Position numbers and translations under genes: made by a program. The notes below the pieces were generated by a model. It saw only the letters and a program-made list of their open reading frames with translations, was not told the origin of the DNA and searched no databases. From the NCBI GenBank assembly GCA_004431415.1, contig QPMI01000057.1, forward strand, positions 1 through 64,000: a DNA stretch of 64,000 nt, read 5' to 3'. This stretch comes from Cyanophora paradoxa CCMP329 (Eukaryota; Plantae; Glaucophyta). Shown piece by piece: positions 20,596-34,300 of this stretch. The stretch's first letter is position 1, and each line of letters starts with the position of its first letter.

Positions 20596-22308
20596 CAGCC
20601 TCGGAGGGGGTACCCCCACAGCTGTTGCGGCGGTTATAAGAACCTCCGCAATCCAAGCGTCACTTCCGAGTCTCGAGCTCTCGGAGTTGCCTTTTCGCGT
20701 TTGGCCCATTGATGGCCCTCCTATATATCTATATATAGCTAACACCGAACACTTACAAGTCTCAGCGCTAGCTACCCAGACAACACGTGTCGCGTAAACC
20801 CTATATTATAGCTACGATCAATTTTTGCCTGCAGCTGGCCTCATGCGCAGCCAGCCGCTGAGCCCCGAATTTCGAGCCCCCGCTGAGCCGCGACGGGCAC
20901 GCGCAGCGTCTTCAGCGATATAGCATCGCATCTGTGGTAGGTTTGAGCGCTGCCGGCATGCATCTGAGTGCCCGAGCTGGCGCCCGCGCGCTCGACGGGC
21001 GCGCGTCCAGGGCAGCGCGCGCGCAGCCCGCCCGGCCACACGAACCACTTGTATGTATGATACAAAGACCTCTTACGCTACTAGCTCGCCGGCGCCGCGC
21101 CCCGGGCTCCTGTTCGCTATGCCAGGATCGGCTGCCAGGGACTGCCTGCCTGGCCGCTGCCATGCCTGGTGCATGTGCCTACGTATTTGTTCCACCAAGG
21201 AGCGCCCCGCTCGCCGCCCCCTGCCTTGCACCATGACCATATACAACAATCCCTCCGGGATTTGAAGCAAATGCTCCTAGGGGGGGTGCACACCAAGGGC
21301 CCTGACACCAGATCAAGGACCGGTCTGGGGCAGCTCGCGCGAATGAATTAGCTATAGTTGGCGCCGGCTGACTTCTAGCATTCGGACAGTGTCGCGGGCG
21401 ATGGCAAGACCAAGTCTGGCTAGAGCTTGGCCGGCGCCGGCTGGCCCAGTGGCCAGTGGGCCGGGCGTGGTCGCGGGCCGCGGGCCAGGAGCCGGCTAGG
21501 CGTGGCCGGTCGCGACTTGGCTTGGTGACTTTCGGGCGCAGCCGAATGATTTTCGGTGCAGCGGTTGTTGGGGTTCGGAACCCAAGTCGGAACCCAATTC
21601 AGGATCCTAGCTATATATATATATATAGAACCGTGAAACTTGAAAGTCCTAGAAAATACTTGATCATGATAGTTTGCAACGCGGGTTTAGGGCTAGTATA
21701 AGTAGCCGCTGACCTGCCAAAGTTGTCATTCTTTGTGAGGCGCACAGCCTCGAAATACTATATAGCTAGCAGCGAAACTCTGCCTCTCTGCGGCTGCACC
21801 TTGCCTTTGCAATTTGCAATTGGGAGGGCCTTGCATTGCACTACTAGCTGGGATCGTATCTCAGGTCTGTTATTAATCTGTTATTAGGCCTCTGGTTAAA
21901 ACCCCTAGACTATATCTGGGCCTTGCCCGGATTTAACCAGACGCTTAATAACAGGAATCAAAAAAGCAAGTCCGGATCCGCGGTGCTACAAGTGTGGGAT
22001 GTTCATTGTGGCTGCCAAGCTTCGCAGCCCATCAGCATAGTGGCTGGCCAGGCCCCCTGAGGAGAGTATAAGTAATGCGCCTCCCCACGAACACTTCAGC
22101 TAGCTATAGAACACTTGCTAATCTCAGCTAGCCAAACATCGCGATCACGTAAAAGAGTGCGGCATCGTGTCTCATTAACGTTGCAGCAGTCGTCGACGTC
22201 CCCCCCCCCCCCCCCCCCCCTCCCCCTCCCCCCCGGGGACGCGGGACGCAATTGTGTACCCCCCTCGAGGGATTTGGGGCGAGAGAAGAGAGGGGGAGCC
22301 TGCTCTAT

Positions 22309-25300
22309 CTAGGCTGTGGGTGCGCCGGATTCCCTCTTCTCCTTCTCCTTCTCCTCTCTCCGTTCTTGAGCTTTGCTGCGGGACACAGTCGGAAGGGGCA
22401 TACTCAAGAACATGCCAGTCTGCAAATGCAAGCCATCAAACAAAACGTACTTCAGAAGATGTTGTATGCGGGCTTGTTCCTCAGGCGTAAATGATGTGGT
22501 AGCAAGAACACCAGTGGCTTGCAGTTCTGCGCACAGTCCATGGACATGTGTAAGTTTGAGCACCTCGTGGTAGAGCCAGGGGCAGGATCTGGAAGGGCAG
22601 GAACCTTGTAGAGTGTCGGCGAAGTACACTAGCTCATCCACATCATCAATTGGTGTGCTGTAGTCCACATCATCCTCCTCATCAAGCTCATCGCCATCAT
22701 CTCCGCCTTCAGCATAGGCCTTTGCCTTCACACAAGACATATCAGTTCAAAAAAAATCCAGAACCATAACAGCATGGGCACACTCGTTCTTCCAGCATAC
22801 GCAGATACGCCTCGTCCTTCTCACTAACCTCGTCTTCGTCATCATCGAGCTCCTTGTCGGAGTTCCTGACGAGGACATTAAAAGGGCTGAGAAACCAAAG
22901 AAATGGGCATGCACTTACCAATCCTCTTCATCAGGATCGCTTCCATCGTGTTCCTCTCCACCTTCCTCTTCAGCTGCTTTTTGATGATCTTTCGTGCGCT
23001 TCAGACACACAATGAGGAAATGATTGATCGGAATCGTTACCATCACGTTGCTTTACGATGGCTTCTGACAGCCTGTCATCCATCAGCCGTCAGTGGCAAA
23101 CGACCAGCTCACAGAGGAGAACAGAAGTCTTCAGCACACTTGATCACTGCTTCGAAGATATGCTTGTGGCCTGCCTGTACTGCCGCAGGAAGCTGTGAAG
23201 CGGGAATCTGCATATGAAATTCAGAGATGTAAAAAACCACAGGAAAACGTTCAAATACCTTCAGAAGGGTCACCAAGCCTATAATTGCTATTTTTTTATC
23301 ATGTAAGCGGACAAACTTGTCCAGCAGCTGGAACCATGCATAGAACACCTGGTAAATGTCAGTGCACTGGAGCTTTCACCAAAATGTAGAGTCATTTACC
23401 TCGCTTGTGCATCCTAGGCTCTCAAGTGCGGAAAGGCAAATAACAGGATTGTAGTACAGGGCATTCGATATCTGCATCAGCGGGTATTAATATGGAACTT
23501 CTCAGCAACGGACGAATGGACAAGCTTGCCTGCTCCAGAAGGAGAACCTGCGAGGACTGGCTTAGAAACGTTCCATGAAGGATCAAATAATCAACTTACC
23601 TTCAAGGCGACGCTCCGTGCTGTCTGCAGGCGAGCAACGCATATCTGGACGAACTGAGGAACCCATGCGTCTATTTTGCCCCTGGGAAAAGTTCGTTATG
23701 ACTCGAAAGACAAGAGCTGAACGATCGGGCACACTTGCAATTGTGAAGGACAGATTCAACAAGCTTGCATGCTTCTCGGCATTCGGTCTCGCCTCCGTCA
23801 TCACGTTCCATCACCTGAAAGGTCTTCAGACAAAAAGGGCATTCAGAGCAGAAAAGGGAAAACCTTCTTGCAGAGATCGAAGATCATGGCGATGTAATTA
23901 TTCTGAGAATGGATCACGAACATGCAGACAAAAGAAGCGGGCTAGGCCAAGGAACCTGAGGAGACACGAAGCTATCTGGATCCCGAGAAATGAAGTTGTC
24001 GATTGGAGGGACCAAGTTCGACAGGTAGTCCCAGCCCCACTCGTGGAAAGCCGCGCAAATCATTCCGAATACCTGAATGAGGCGCGAATTTACTTTTTCC
24101 TTACCATTTACGGTGGGGCCAGCGAACCTGCCAGAGTCCGGGAGAAATTTTGGGCGAGAAGTAAGTCAAATACGAGATCGACTCCAGGACCTGCACCCCA
24201 ACAGTTTCAGAAGGGAAATAGGATGGCGGTGATTGAAGGGATCGCCGGGACCTCTTCAAAGTACTCCACTCCAGCCGGCTTCAGCATGTGTGCGATCAGT
24301 GGCAACATAGCCGCCTCCATTGCAGGGTAGAGATCTGGCCGTGCGTGGACGCTTTGCATGGTAAGATTAATGGCCCGCATACAGCCCATGGCCTGTCAAG
24401 GCATTAGTCTGCAAAAAAAGGGGGATTTTGCGAAGGAGATTTCGCAAACATGCACCGCAAGACCGCTCTCCTCATCCTGCAACGAGGTGAAGATTAGGCA
24501 AAGCCAAGGTCCCTGTCGGCAAGGCATTGCACCTCCTCATCCGCAGATGCCATTCTTAAGAACGCTTCTGCCAGCCTCCCAACAACTTGCACTGCATACG
24601 GGGCCATTGCATCACCATACTGCTCGATGAACACCTGAAGGAACGTCAGGCGACAGAAATGCCCAGAGATCTGAGAAGCTCATGCCTCAAGTGTCGACAC
24701 GAGGTCCTCATTATCGATGTCGTCCATGAGCTGGCGGTGGATCTCAAACGAAGAGAAAAGCGGCCTGCAGAAAAAGCACCTTGAACAACATGTCAAGTAC
24801 GTGCGGAAGAGCGGGCTTCAGGTGCTCCACTGTCTTCTCATTCTCAACGAGGGCCTTCAGAGCGACGGCCGCCTCGACACGCACAGGGAGCTCCGCGTCC
24901 TGATTAGCTGGATAAGTGACAAAACATTCTCGTAGCTTCGCGGGTGGCAAGACCTGCAAACGGGAGAGGACACAATCGATTGTCCGCGCGAAATTCGTGT
25001 CTACAGAAAACTCCAGATCGGCATACTGTGACAAGGCTAGAAGATCAAGGTTCGATGAATTACGTGAAACACAGAGCAAACCTGTCCCACAACCCAGCAT
25101 GCTTTGGCGCGAAGAAGACCATTCGGACTGTCGAACTGAAGCCCTGTCATTTGCCAATTTCTTAAAGCCACTAAGGGCGCACCTCTGGAAGCACATGCAT
25201 CATCAGCATGGGCTCAAGCCACCCCTGGTAGGTTTTCTGCGACACAGAAGTAAGGGGCCGGAACATGGAGACGCAAAACTGGAACGAGGCGACCTTTGTT

Positions 25301-27436
25301 TTTAGCTTGTCGTAAAGGGCCCCAATGCAAGATAAAGCACCGTACTTTTCCCGCCCGTTACGCTGCTCTTGTGGAGTTGCATTATACCTGCGATCGACAA
25401 ACTTGACCACAAAAAGGCAAGGGCGAGAGCAGAAGGAACGGCAATATTGAAGTGCTCATACCTCGTGAGAGTGTTCACCAGAAACGTGCAGAGAGGGTCG
25501 AGGCAATCCTTTGCACGACTCCTGGCCAACTTCAAGAGAAGATTGACCGCAGCCGTCCGCGGACTGTAGAAATCCTCGAGCACATCTTCACAGCAATCAC
25601 AAATGCTCACTGGACACTTCAACCATGAATGTGTACCGTATTGCTTGCGAACATATTCAGCTGGATCTTCACGCCAGAGAGTCTCGTCGGCGGAGTCGTA
25701 GCACAAAAGCGGGAAGACGACCTTCGAGGAAATCACACAAGAAAAATACGATATACGCAGTGGGTGCACTTGAAAAAGGATGCCCTCAAGATGCGGCTTC
25801 AAAAGCTTGTACATCGCTGACGATCCGACTCTGGCGTGCAAGGAAACTAAGAACAGACGACACGAAAAAAATCACGATCCCCATAGAAGAACGCACGATG
25901 TCTCAATGTACGAAAGTGCGAGATTCAGCACCCTAGGTGGGACGTAAACGCCGTTCTGCAGGCCACTTGCCATCTGCAGGCAAGCCTGCAAGATTCGACC
26001 CGCCCTGCAGCGCATCAGCGACTGGAACCGCAGGACGAGGATATGATGCACCAGTGGCCTGTAAAATAAACAGAGAACTCCTTCAACGCTTGCGCTCGAT
26101 CAACCTTCTGGGACACAAGCTTCGGGTTCCCAAAGCGCTGAGCCGCACCGAGTGAGAAACTTAAACGAAACGTGAGAAACTTAAACGAAGAGGGCCTCAC
26201 CGTGAAGATTCTGTCAAATATGTGCCCAATCCACTTCTTGCACTTCCACCACGGCCAGTTCGGAAGCTCTGCGACATCTTGAGGCATTCCTTGCCTGCAA
26301 AACCATCAGCAAGGCATCTCTGCGAGCAGCTTGTACGGACGTTGGCACAGGCTGCTCAAAGAGCGACAGAAGGCATGTCATCCACGCATCCACATGGGCA
26401 GGCTGAAGCATGTAGAGAGGTACGACAAGCTACAAAAGGAACAAAAAAAATCGAGCTGAGCATTGGCTACGAAAGCTTAGGCGCTGCTGGAATGCACCTG
26501 CGTGCAGCTCCAGTAAATTTTGCAGATGAGCTTCTGCATCTCTGCCGCCTCTACGGTCTGCAGAGTGCGGAGGTACTGGAACAACTGCTCGTCAACGAAC
26601 TCAGGTGAGCCCAAAGATGTCGCAAACACCCACACGAGAATACTAACCTGGAGAAGGACAGGGAATGTGACATTCACGAGCTCCTCAACCGGTCCACGCT
26701 GCTCAGAGGGCTTGTATCTGCGCTCATATGACACACTGACACATGGATGTGCACAGGCCCAAGCAGAAAAGTCGGCCACGCACTCGTACTTCTTCGCGAG
26801 CACGCGCAGCGCTAACAGCGCGCCGTAGCAGCGTTGCGGATCATTCGAGTGAATGTTCTGCAGTATACCTGGGACGAGGGACGGCCAGCGCTCCGGGAAG
26901 TCTGCGTTGGCTATGGTGCGAAGCGCGACCGCCACCTGCACCCTGTCCTGCAACGTAAGGGGGATCGCGAGGGCGGCGGCGCGTGCTGTGTGCACCTTAC
27001 CAACGGATGCGCATAGATCAGCGCCTCCAGAATGTTGTCGCGCACCGCTTGCTTGTCGGCATCCGATAGCTTGGGCGCCTTGCCGTCCTCCAGCTGCGCG
27101 GCCGGCAAGTAGGCGGTTGTTGGTGATGCGCATTCGTAAGCGCACGCTCCAGCAGGGGCTCGCACCTCTTCCTCCCACTCGCGCGAGATCACGTTCTTGA
27201 AGTAGATCGTACCGGCTTGTCTAATATGGATAGAGACATCGTTCGATACCACGAGTCCGAACAGCTGCACCAGGTAGCCGGGGGATCCCTCCATCTGCGC
27301 GACGGATCAACCGCGATCGTCGCGCTGCTGGCAGGCTACGTCTACGGCGGCGCACGTTCTTGAGCTCCTGCTCCGCTGCATGACGCTCCGACTCATTGGC
27401 TGAGAGCGTCGCGGCAAGCGCCGCAGCAAGCGCCAT
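22309..27436 (-). CDS. IPO7: Importin-7/8 (SAD2-like) importin-beta family protein, multi-exon
   Basis: ERHAAEQEL, IRQAGTIYFKN, ADFPERWP, WWKCKKW, LWREDPAEYVRK, DFYSPRTAA, ELPVRVEAAVAL, RLHDKK; about 20 short introns. Confidence 0.93.
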
Positions 27437-27799
27437 GAGCTGGCTGGTGTGATCAAAGTCGAACTATGATCGAAGTACCCCTCGCGCTCTGCCGAGTCAG
27501 TGCCGACCTAACGACGTCGACCGCCTGCACGTCTGTCTCACATGATTACAGACGAAAAGAACATGTGTTTTCCATAGCGAACACACTGCGACCTGCAGGT
27601 CATTGGATGCGTATGCGGGGCAGGCGCGCCTCCTCGTCTGTCGATCACAGTCGAAAAGAACAGTGCGTTCCATCGCGCATACGCTCTGACTGCAGCCCAT
27701 ATACGCGCGCAGGTGCGCTGCGCTCTGCAGCTGATCATCGGATCATGACTCAGTGACGTGAGGGGCAGCTGCCCTGATCACTTGATCACTGAGTCATGC

Positions 27800-27945
27800 C
27801 ATGATGATCTGGGTTTTGATTCGGGCTTTGATTTGGATTTGATCATCATGGCATGAGGCTGGGTTTTGATTCGGGCTTTGATCACTGAGTCATCATGGCA
27901 TGATTTGGATTTGATCATGAGGCCGTGCTTTGATTTGGATTTGAG
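27800..27945. repeat. GATTTG(G)/CAAATCCAAATCAAAGCC-type host minisatellite; related 24-bp x3 array at 51770-51850
   Basis: Direct inspection. Confidence 0.7.
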
Positions 27946-28111
27946 GCTGGGCCCCGAGCCACAGTCCAATTTTTGTGGCGTCGTTCCGGCCTCACGTGGC
28001 GCTGACCGCAGACCACTGGCCATGGCTTTGCTAGATACCGCGATTGTCACGTCAAAATTAGATGCAAGAAGCGTCATTTCCCCACGTACCCCCCGCGAGT
28101 TCTCTCCTCCA

Positions 28112-28244
28112 TCGCTTGCTTTCGATCGCTGCACCCTCAAGTGGATCCGGAGTTCAAGGTTCTGACGGCAGATCGCAAGGCCGGAAAGCCGTTCGGGTCG
28201 GTCTTCCCGCACCTTGCTCGCCTCGAGCTTCCGGACCTCGTCTC
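28112..28244 (+). pseudogene. Inverted partial copy of an argC exon
   Basis: Near-identical to the reverse complement of 39181-39303, with two small insertions. Confidence 0.9.
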
Positions 28245-28335
28245 CGTTTTCTCGCTCAACGCCCCCGCCCTCCGCCGCCCCGTCTCCCCGCTTCGTCAAA
28301 CGACTATCAGCCGCGCGTAGCTAGCCGGAAGCCCG

Positions 28336-31300
28336 ATGATGGAGCTGGCGGGAGAAGAAGGCGCGAGCTCGAGCGGCCGCAGCTCTGGAACGGGCGAATC
28401 GCCCGGCGCTCCGTCGAGTGGGGTGCTTTGGATGACTCCTACGCTCCTCTCCAACGCCTTGCGCCTCGCCGGCGTTGGCGCTCCCGCCCAGCTTCGGAAG
28501 CTCAATCTTGACGCTACGCGCGGGCGAATCCCGGTCATCGAGGGCCTCGAGGCCTTCACCGGCTTGGGTGCGTGCTCTTCGAACATAGCTAAACCTAGCT
28601 TTTTACATAGCTAGCTGCGTGCTGGAACCCGGCCTTCCCTGCGCCGGCCTGGAAGCCTGTGTGAGGGGGGAGAAACTCGATTCGATTTGGGGGCTAAAGG
28701 GAACTGATTTCCACACGCAGAGGAAATTTTCCTGCAGAACCATCGAATTCAGGCCATCGGCGGGCTGCGGTTGTGCGCAAATTTGAAAATCTTGGACCTT
28801 ACCAACAACGAGATCGTAAATATTACGGGACTCGACACGTGCGTAAAGTTGGAGGTGCTTCGGCTCAATTCGAACAAAATCGATCGGCTTCCAAGAGCTC
28901 TCTCGGCTCTTCCTCGACTTCGCGAGCTCCGTCTTGCAAGTACGTATTTTAGTCCAACTTTCGTCCAACCTTAAATTTCGTCCACAGAGAATCAGATCTC
29001 GGTCCTCAAGGATTTTCATCATCTGCAAGGCCTTTTAAATCTCGCGCAACTTAGCGTTGCGGAAAACCCGGCGACATCGCTGCCGCACGCACGGGAGTTC
29101 CTGGCCTACCACTTGCGCTCACTGGATTCGCTTGATGGAATTCCTTTCGATAGCTCAGAACGGGCGGCAGCGGCAGCTCGCTTCGGTCGGGAGGAAGTAG
29201 AAGAGCTTACTGTCAGGCTCTCCTCCTCGGAAGCTGCAGTTAAAAAGCTCCAGGCAGAGCTTGAGTCCATGAGGCGAATCGCCGAAACCCGGCAAGAGGA
29301 GCTAAACCGCGCCTCGCGCGACGCAGAGGTCGTTCGCGCCGATCTTGAGGTCGCCCGCGCGGCCCTAGAAGCGAAAACTCGTCTCGTGCGCCTCACTCAT
29401 ATTTTTTTGCGCCTCAACTCATACTTTTCCGGTGCCGTAGCTGGAGGCGGGTGCCGAGGAACTCGCGCGGGCGCGGAGGGAGCTTTACGACGCCAAGCAG
29501 GAGTGCTCTCTCACAGCAATTGAGCGCGACGCTGCGGTGGTGCCGTCCTCGATGGCGGCGTCCGCCTGCCTTCGCTGCGTCGCCGGCCTCGATGCGTCGC
29601 TTGGGGCCGGGAATGCCGAGGCGCGAGTCGCTGCGATCGAGGGGCGCCTCGAGGTCCGCGTTCGAACAGCGCACAGTTGGCCTTCCCATCACGCTCCGCC
29701 CACCGAGCAGGTCCTGGCCGGACGAGCCGCCGCTGCGGAGAATGCTCGAGCCTCCCTCGCAGCCCGCCTCGCCCGCACGGACCGAGCCCTTTTGGCGTCG
29801 TCCCTCCGCTCCTCGTCCGCCCCCCCCCCCCCTCCCCCCCTCCCCCACCCCCATCCTCCCTCCCCAATCCGAACCCGGCGGCTCAAAATAACAGCGACGC
29901 AGCGTGTTTGAGGACAAAGGGGCGCTAAAGGCCTACTGGGTCGATGAGTCAGGGCAGAGCCCGCTGCACAGATCGCCGAACGAGAGCGAAGCGTGGGAGG
30001 CGCCGGACGAGAGCGGCGAGGCGGCAGGCGAGCTCAGTGTCGATCTGTCCGCGATTCAGCGCGAGATGGAGGCCCTTTCTGCCTCAAGCTCCTCGGGGGA
30101 AGGAGCCTCTGCCTCCGGTCAGCTCGCCCGTCTGGATGCCCGCCGTGCTGCTCTCCTCGCCAGCTTCGAGCGCCTGCTCGGCGAGCCCGTGTCCGACTCG
30201 CCCACGCTCCCGCCCCGCCTCGAGGGGGAGCAGGGAGAGCTCTCGCGCCGCATCGCCGCCGCAGAGGAAGAGCTCGTCGGCACGGCGCGCTGCTCCTCGC
30301 CCTGATGTCACTCGCCGCAACTCTCACGCCCCGCGCAGGAGGCCGAGGCCCTTGGCCTGTGTGCGGAGCGCGATGCCCTCCGAGCCTACATGGCTCTGCG
30401 CTCCCGGGACCCTACCTCGGCTCCGGGAACAGAGGTACGCTGCACCCTTTCATCCGCGTCTCTGGCGTCTGAACTTCTGCAGGTTGGCCACAAGATCTCC
30501 ATTCGCAAGGGCCTCGCGGCCATCTTCTCCGAAGCGGGACAATTCGCATCCCCCACAGCCCGCGGGCCCCCTCCGTCGGTGCCGCACCGGGACGCCGGGG
30601 CACAGACGGAGGAGGGGGCTGCGGGACAAGACCGCGCGCAGCAAGCGCAGGTGTGAAAGACTTTTTCCACCCCCGCGGACAACGCCAACCGGGCCTCGCA
30701 GGAGCTTCTTCTCGAGGCTCTGCAAGACCGCGTAGGAGAGCTGCTCCAGGCGAATGAGAGGTTGGAAACGGCCCGGCTGGCGGCGGAGATGGCAGCCTCG
30801 TCAGCGGCGGCTCGCGCGACAGCGCTTGAGCAGCGTATGACGACGTTGCAAGAATGGCTTGGCCGGCTCCGTCGCACCGGTCCCCACGCCGATGGTAGCG
30901 AGGCGCGCCCGTCAGCTCGCGGTGGGCGTCGCGCGCAAAGCCGTGAGGTGCTCGCAGGGGGTCAAGGCAGGAGGCGTTGCGGGGGAGTTCGAAGGCAGCT
31001 CGCGGTTACTTGAAGCGGATTTACGCACCTTTGCCTACTTGCCGTGCGACCCGCTGGCCCCACACCGCGCGGCCCTTCGCGAACCGTTGGATCCGCAGAC
31101 GTGCAGTGAGCGCCGCTGCGAGGGAGGCGGCGGAGGAAGTGTCGTGCGGGTCGTCCGAAGTTCGGGCCATCCTTGGCGAGCTCGACGGCGAGGCTAGCTA
31201 TGCCACGTCATCTGCGGAACTTCGGGCCGCTCTCGTCCGCGCGGAACAGATGGAGGTCCCAACCTCCCCTTTCGGATGGCGGGGGGATTTGAGGAGTTGG

Positions 31301-34300
31301 ACCAGCTGACATCGTGTTAGGGGCGTGTCAGAGAGTTGGAGGCGCAGCTGGTGAGGCTGGAGGACGAGCGGGAGGAGGTGCAGCTGCGGCAGGCCCTTCT
31401 CGCTGCCCGCGACCAGCGTGCCCGTGCTGAGAACGTCCTTGCCCGGGCCGCACCTGCATCTGCCCACCACCCGGGACTTGATCTCCCGCCCCTGCGGCCC
31501 CCCTCACCCCCCTGTCCTTCTCCACGCTCCCGGGCACCCTCGTTAAGCATACCGCCACCACTCGTCCTGAACCAGGATTCTCTCTCCTCGTTAGTCGGCC
31601 TCGTTGCGCCTCCCTCTCCGCGGGGCCTTGGCTTGCAAGGGATGGCGGCCCCACCCCTGGCACTGGACTGCCCATCGCCACGGCCAGCGCGAGGCCCCGG
31701 GCGCCGGGCCAGCTACAGGGAGGGGTCTGAGGGACGTCTCGATGAGGGGTAATTGTTTTTTTGATGAGGGGCGTCCTCTACCGCCACTACCTTACTAACA
31801 TATCATTGAATTTGACGCAGACTCCTTGACCGCCGCCTCTCAGACCTGCGAGCACTTCTCTCCACCCCGTCCACCGCATCCTCCTCCCTTCAGCCTCTTC
31901 CTCCGCCATCCCCGCCCCCCGCTTCGCCAACCACTGTTGCCGGCACGAGCCCTCGCTCAACACCAAGCGCTCCGGTTGTTTTCAGCCTTCACCCTGCGCC
32001 CACCGCCACTGTAGTTCCCGCTCCGCTCAACCGCCGAGCAACCGCCCCACAACCCATGATGATCCTTTCGCCCCCATCGTTTCACGTGGAGAGAGACGAG
32101 GCGGGTCCAGTCCCGATGGGCACCCTGTCAAGACGCCTCTCCGAGCCGGCCCCCCTCCAGCGCCAAGCCGGGCAGTCGCCCCCCCACCCCGAAGCGGCAG
32201 CGCCCCCCGCATTGCCCGCCCCAAGGCGGGGTTTTGCGCCCTCGCCAGTGCCGCCCTCGCCACGCATGGGCTCCCTTGTCGCCCCCGCGCCCGGACAGCG
32301 GCGCGGCAGCTTCACAGAGCGAGACGAGAAGGAGCTGGAGGTCAAACTGCTGGAAGGAAGGGTGGCGGAGCTGGAATCTGAGCTCGCCAGCAAGGAGGGG
32401 CGAAGGGAGGAGCTCGCGGCAGCCGTGCGTCGTCTGGAACTCCGCGCGCGCAATCTCCGGCAGGGCGGCACACCTCGGCCCGAGCTGCCTGGCACCGAAG
32501 TTGCCACACAGACTTCGGCTTCACAGACTTCGCCCCTTCTCACCTCCATCAATGAGCTCGACTGGGCACGCTCTCTGCGGGACAGCGTCGCAGAGGCCCT
32601 TCAAGACATTCGAGCAACGGTGGCTTCATTGTCTGGGCAGAAGTATGTGGGAAGAACGGACACGAGCGCAGAGAGCATGCTCAACGTTGAGGCGGCCGCT
32701 TCGGACATCGCCGAGGTGCCGGCAACTCGTTCGCTAAACCGGAGATTCGCTGATTATAAACCACTGTGGCAGGGCCTTGAGCAGCTCAAGAAGGAGGCAG
32801 CACGGATGCGAGCCGCACTAGCCGCGGGCCACCGCGTCCTATCCGAGCACGCCTTCGAGCTCCTCTGCCCGCCTCGGCCACCAGCTCATTCCGATTTAAA
32901 CCGAAATATCACCGCCGCCAATCAACAATCAGCCCCGCAGGAGATCGGTTGCGACAGTTCACAAGGCCACAGGACTCATCTGGAAGCCCGGGCCCGGGCC
33001 GAGGCCGATGCAGCGGAGAAGGAGGCCGCTGAGGCGCGGGGCGTGGCGGCAGCAGCAGCAGCCGAGGTGGAGCGCGTGCGAGCGACGCTGGCAAGCCTCA
33101 GCGCAGCGGCTTCCGGTGCTGAGGCGGCCGTGGAGGCTGCGAAGAAGGAGCTCGCGCGTTGCAAGGTGGCTGCGGCGGCGGCGAAGGAAGAGGAGGCGCG
33201 TTCGCGGGCCACGCTCGCGGAGGTGAACTCTGCAGTCCAGCGGGCGCGCTCCGAGGCCGAGGCGGCGCGCCAGGAGGTCGAGCGAGCTCGTCTGGAGGCT
33301 TCTGGCACGACGATTGCGCGAATGGTGACCACGGGAATAGGTCCTGGTGGCTCGCACGGGCCGGAGGCGGCTACGGCACGGTCAGAATGTGCACACCCGG
33401 AACTGGTTGCCGCAACCGCTCGAGCAGACGAGCGCCGCGCTCGGGCGGTGGTGGCAGAGATGAGCATAGCCGCCGGCGCTGCAGAAGGTGCGGCGGAGGC
33501 GGCGCGCGTCGAGACGGAGCTGGCGCGGGCGGAAGCGTCAAGGGCACAGGCGGCGGCGGCGGCGGCTCGGGCAGAAGAGGCACTCGCGAGGAGCGCCCTT
33601 GCGAAGCTGAAGGCGGCAGCCGAGGAGGCGGAGGCGGAGGCGGAGGCGGCGCGGGGGGAGACGCAGCGTGCCAAAGCCCAAGCAACTCGCTTCGAGGCGG
33701 CAGCCGCAGCCGCACAGGCTGAGGAGGAGCGTGCTCGCACGGCAATCGCCGAGCTCATCGCGGCAAGCACCAGGGATGCAGCGGCATTGGCTCGCACCGC
33801 GAACATCGCCGGCACAGCGGACAGGGTCAGTGCGGCTGCAGCCTGGGGAGAGGCGGGAGGAGGTGAGGCGGATACGATCCGGGCAGCGGCCTTTGGTGAG
33901 GTCTATGCCGTGCAAGCGGAAGCGGAGCGAGCCTCCGCTGCACTCGCGGAGCTGCGGGCCGCGGAAGCCCGGGCCCGGGCCGAGGCCGATGCAGCGGAGA
34001 GGGAGGCCGCTGAGGCGCGGGGCGCGGCGGCAGCAGCAGCAGCCGAGGTGGAGCGCTTGCGGGCGACGCTGGCAAGCCTCAGCGCGGCGGCTTCCGGTGC
34101 TGAGGCGGCCGCGGAGGCTGCGAAGAAGGAGCTGGCGCGTTGCAAGGTGGCTGCGGCGGCGGCGAAGGAAGAGGAGGCGCGTTCGCTGGTCACGCTCGCG
34201 GATGTGAACTCTGCAGTCCAGCGGGCGCGCTCCGAGGCCGAGGCGGCGCGCCAGGAGGTCGAGCGAGCTCGTCTGGAGGCTTCTGGCACGACGATTGCGC

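Larger units (their letters stand above)
1..20720. mobile_element. Endogenous mriyavirus-like (small Nucleocytoviricota-related) dsDNA virus, partial; continues beyond left edge
   Basis: Dense, essentially intronless gene block with A32 ATPase, VLTF3, two HUH endonucleases, fibre proteins and an HNH gene, plus a shared upstream motif. It switches to host-type (TA)n/TAGCTA sequence at about 20,722. Right boundary is approximate. Confidence 0.85.

Noticed and set aside
1-20720. Polinton/Maverick, virophage or Helitron
   Set aside because: No protein-primed PolB, retroviral-type integrase, protease or Rep-helicase fusion is seen, and VLTF3 with an NCLDV-type A32 argues otherwise.
20818-21700. 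Short ORFs between the virus end and IPO7
   Set aside because: No recognisable domains or consistent exon structure; looks like host repeat-derived intergenic DNA.
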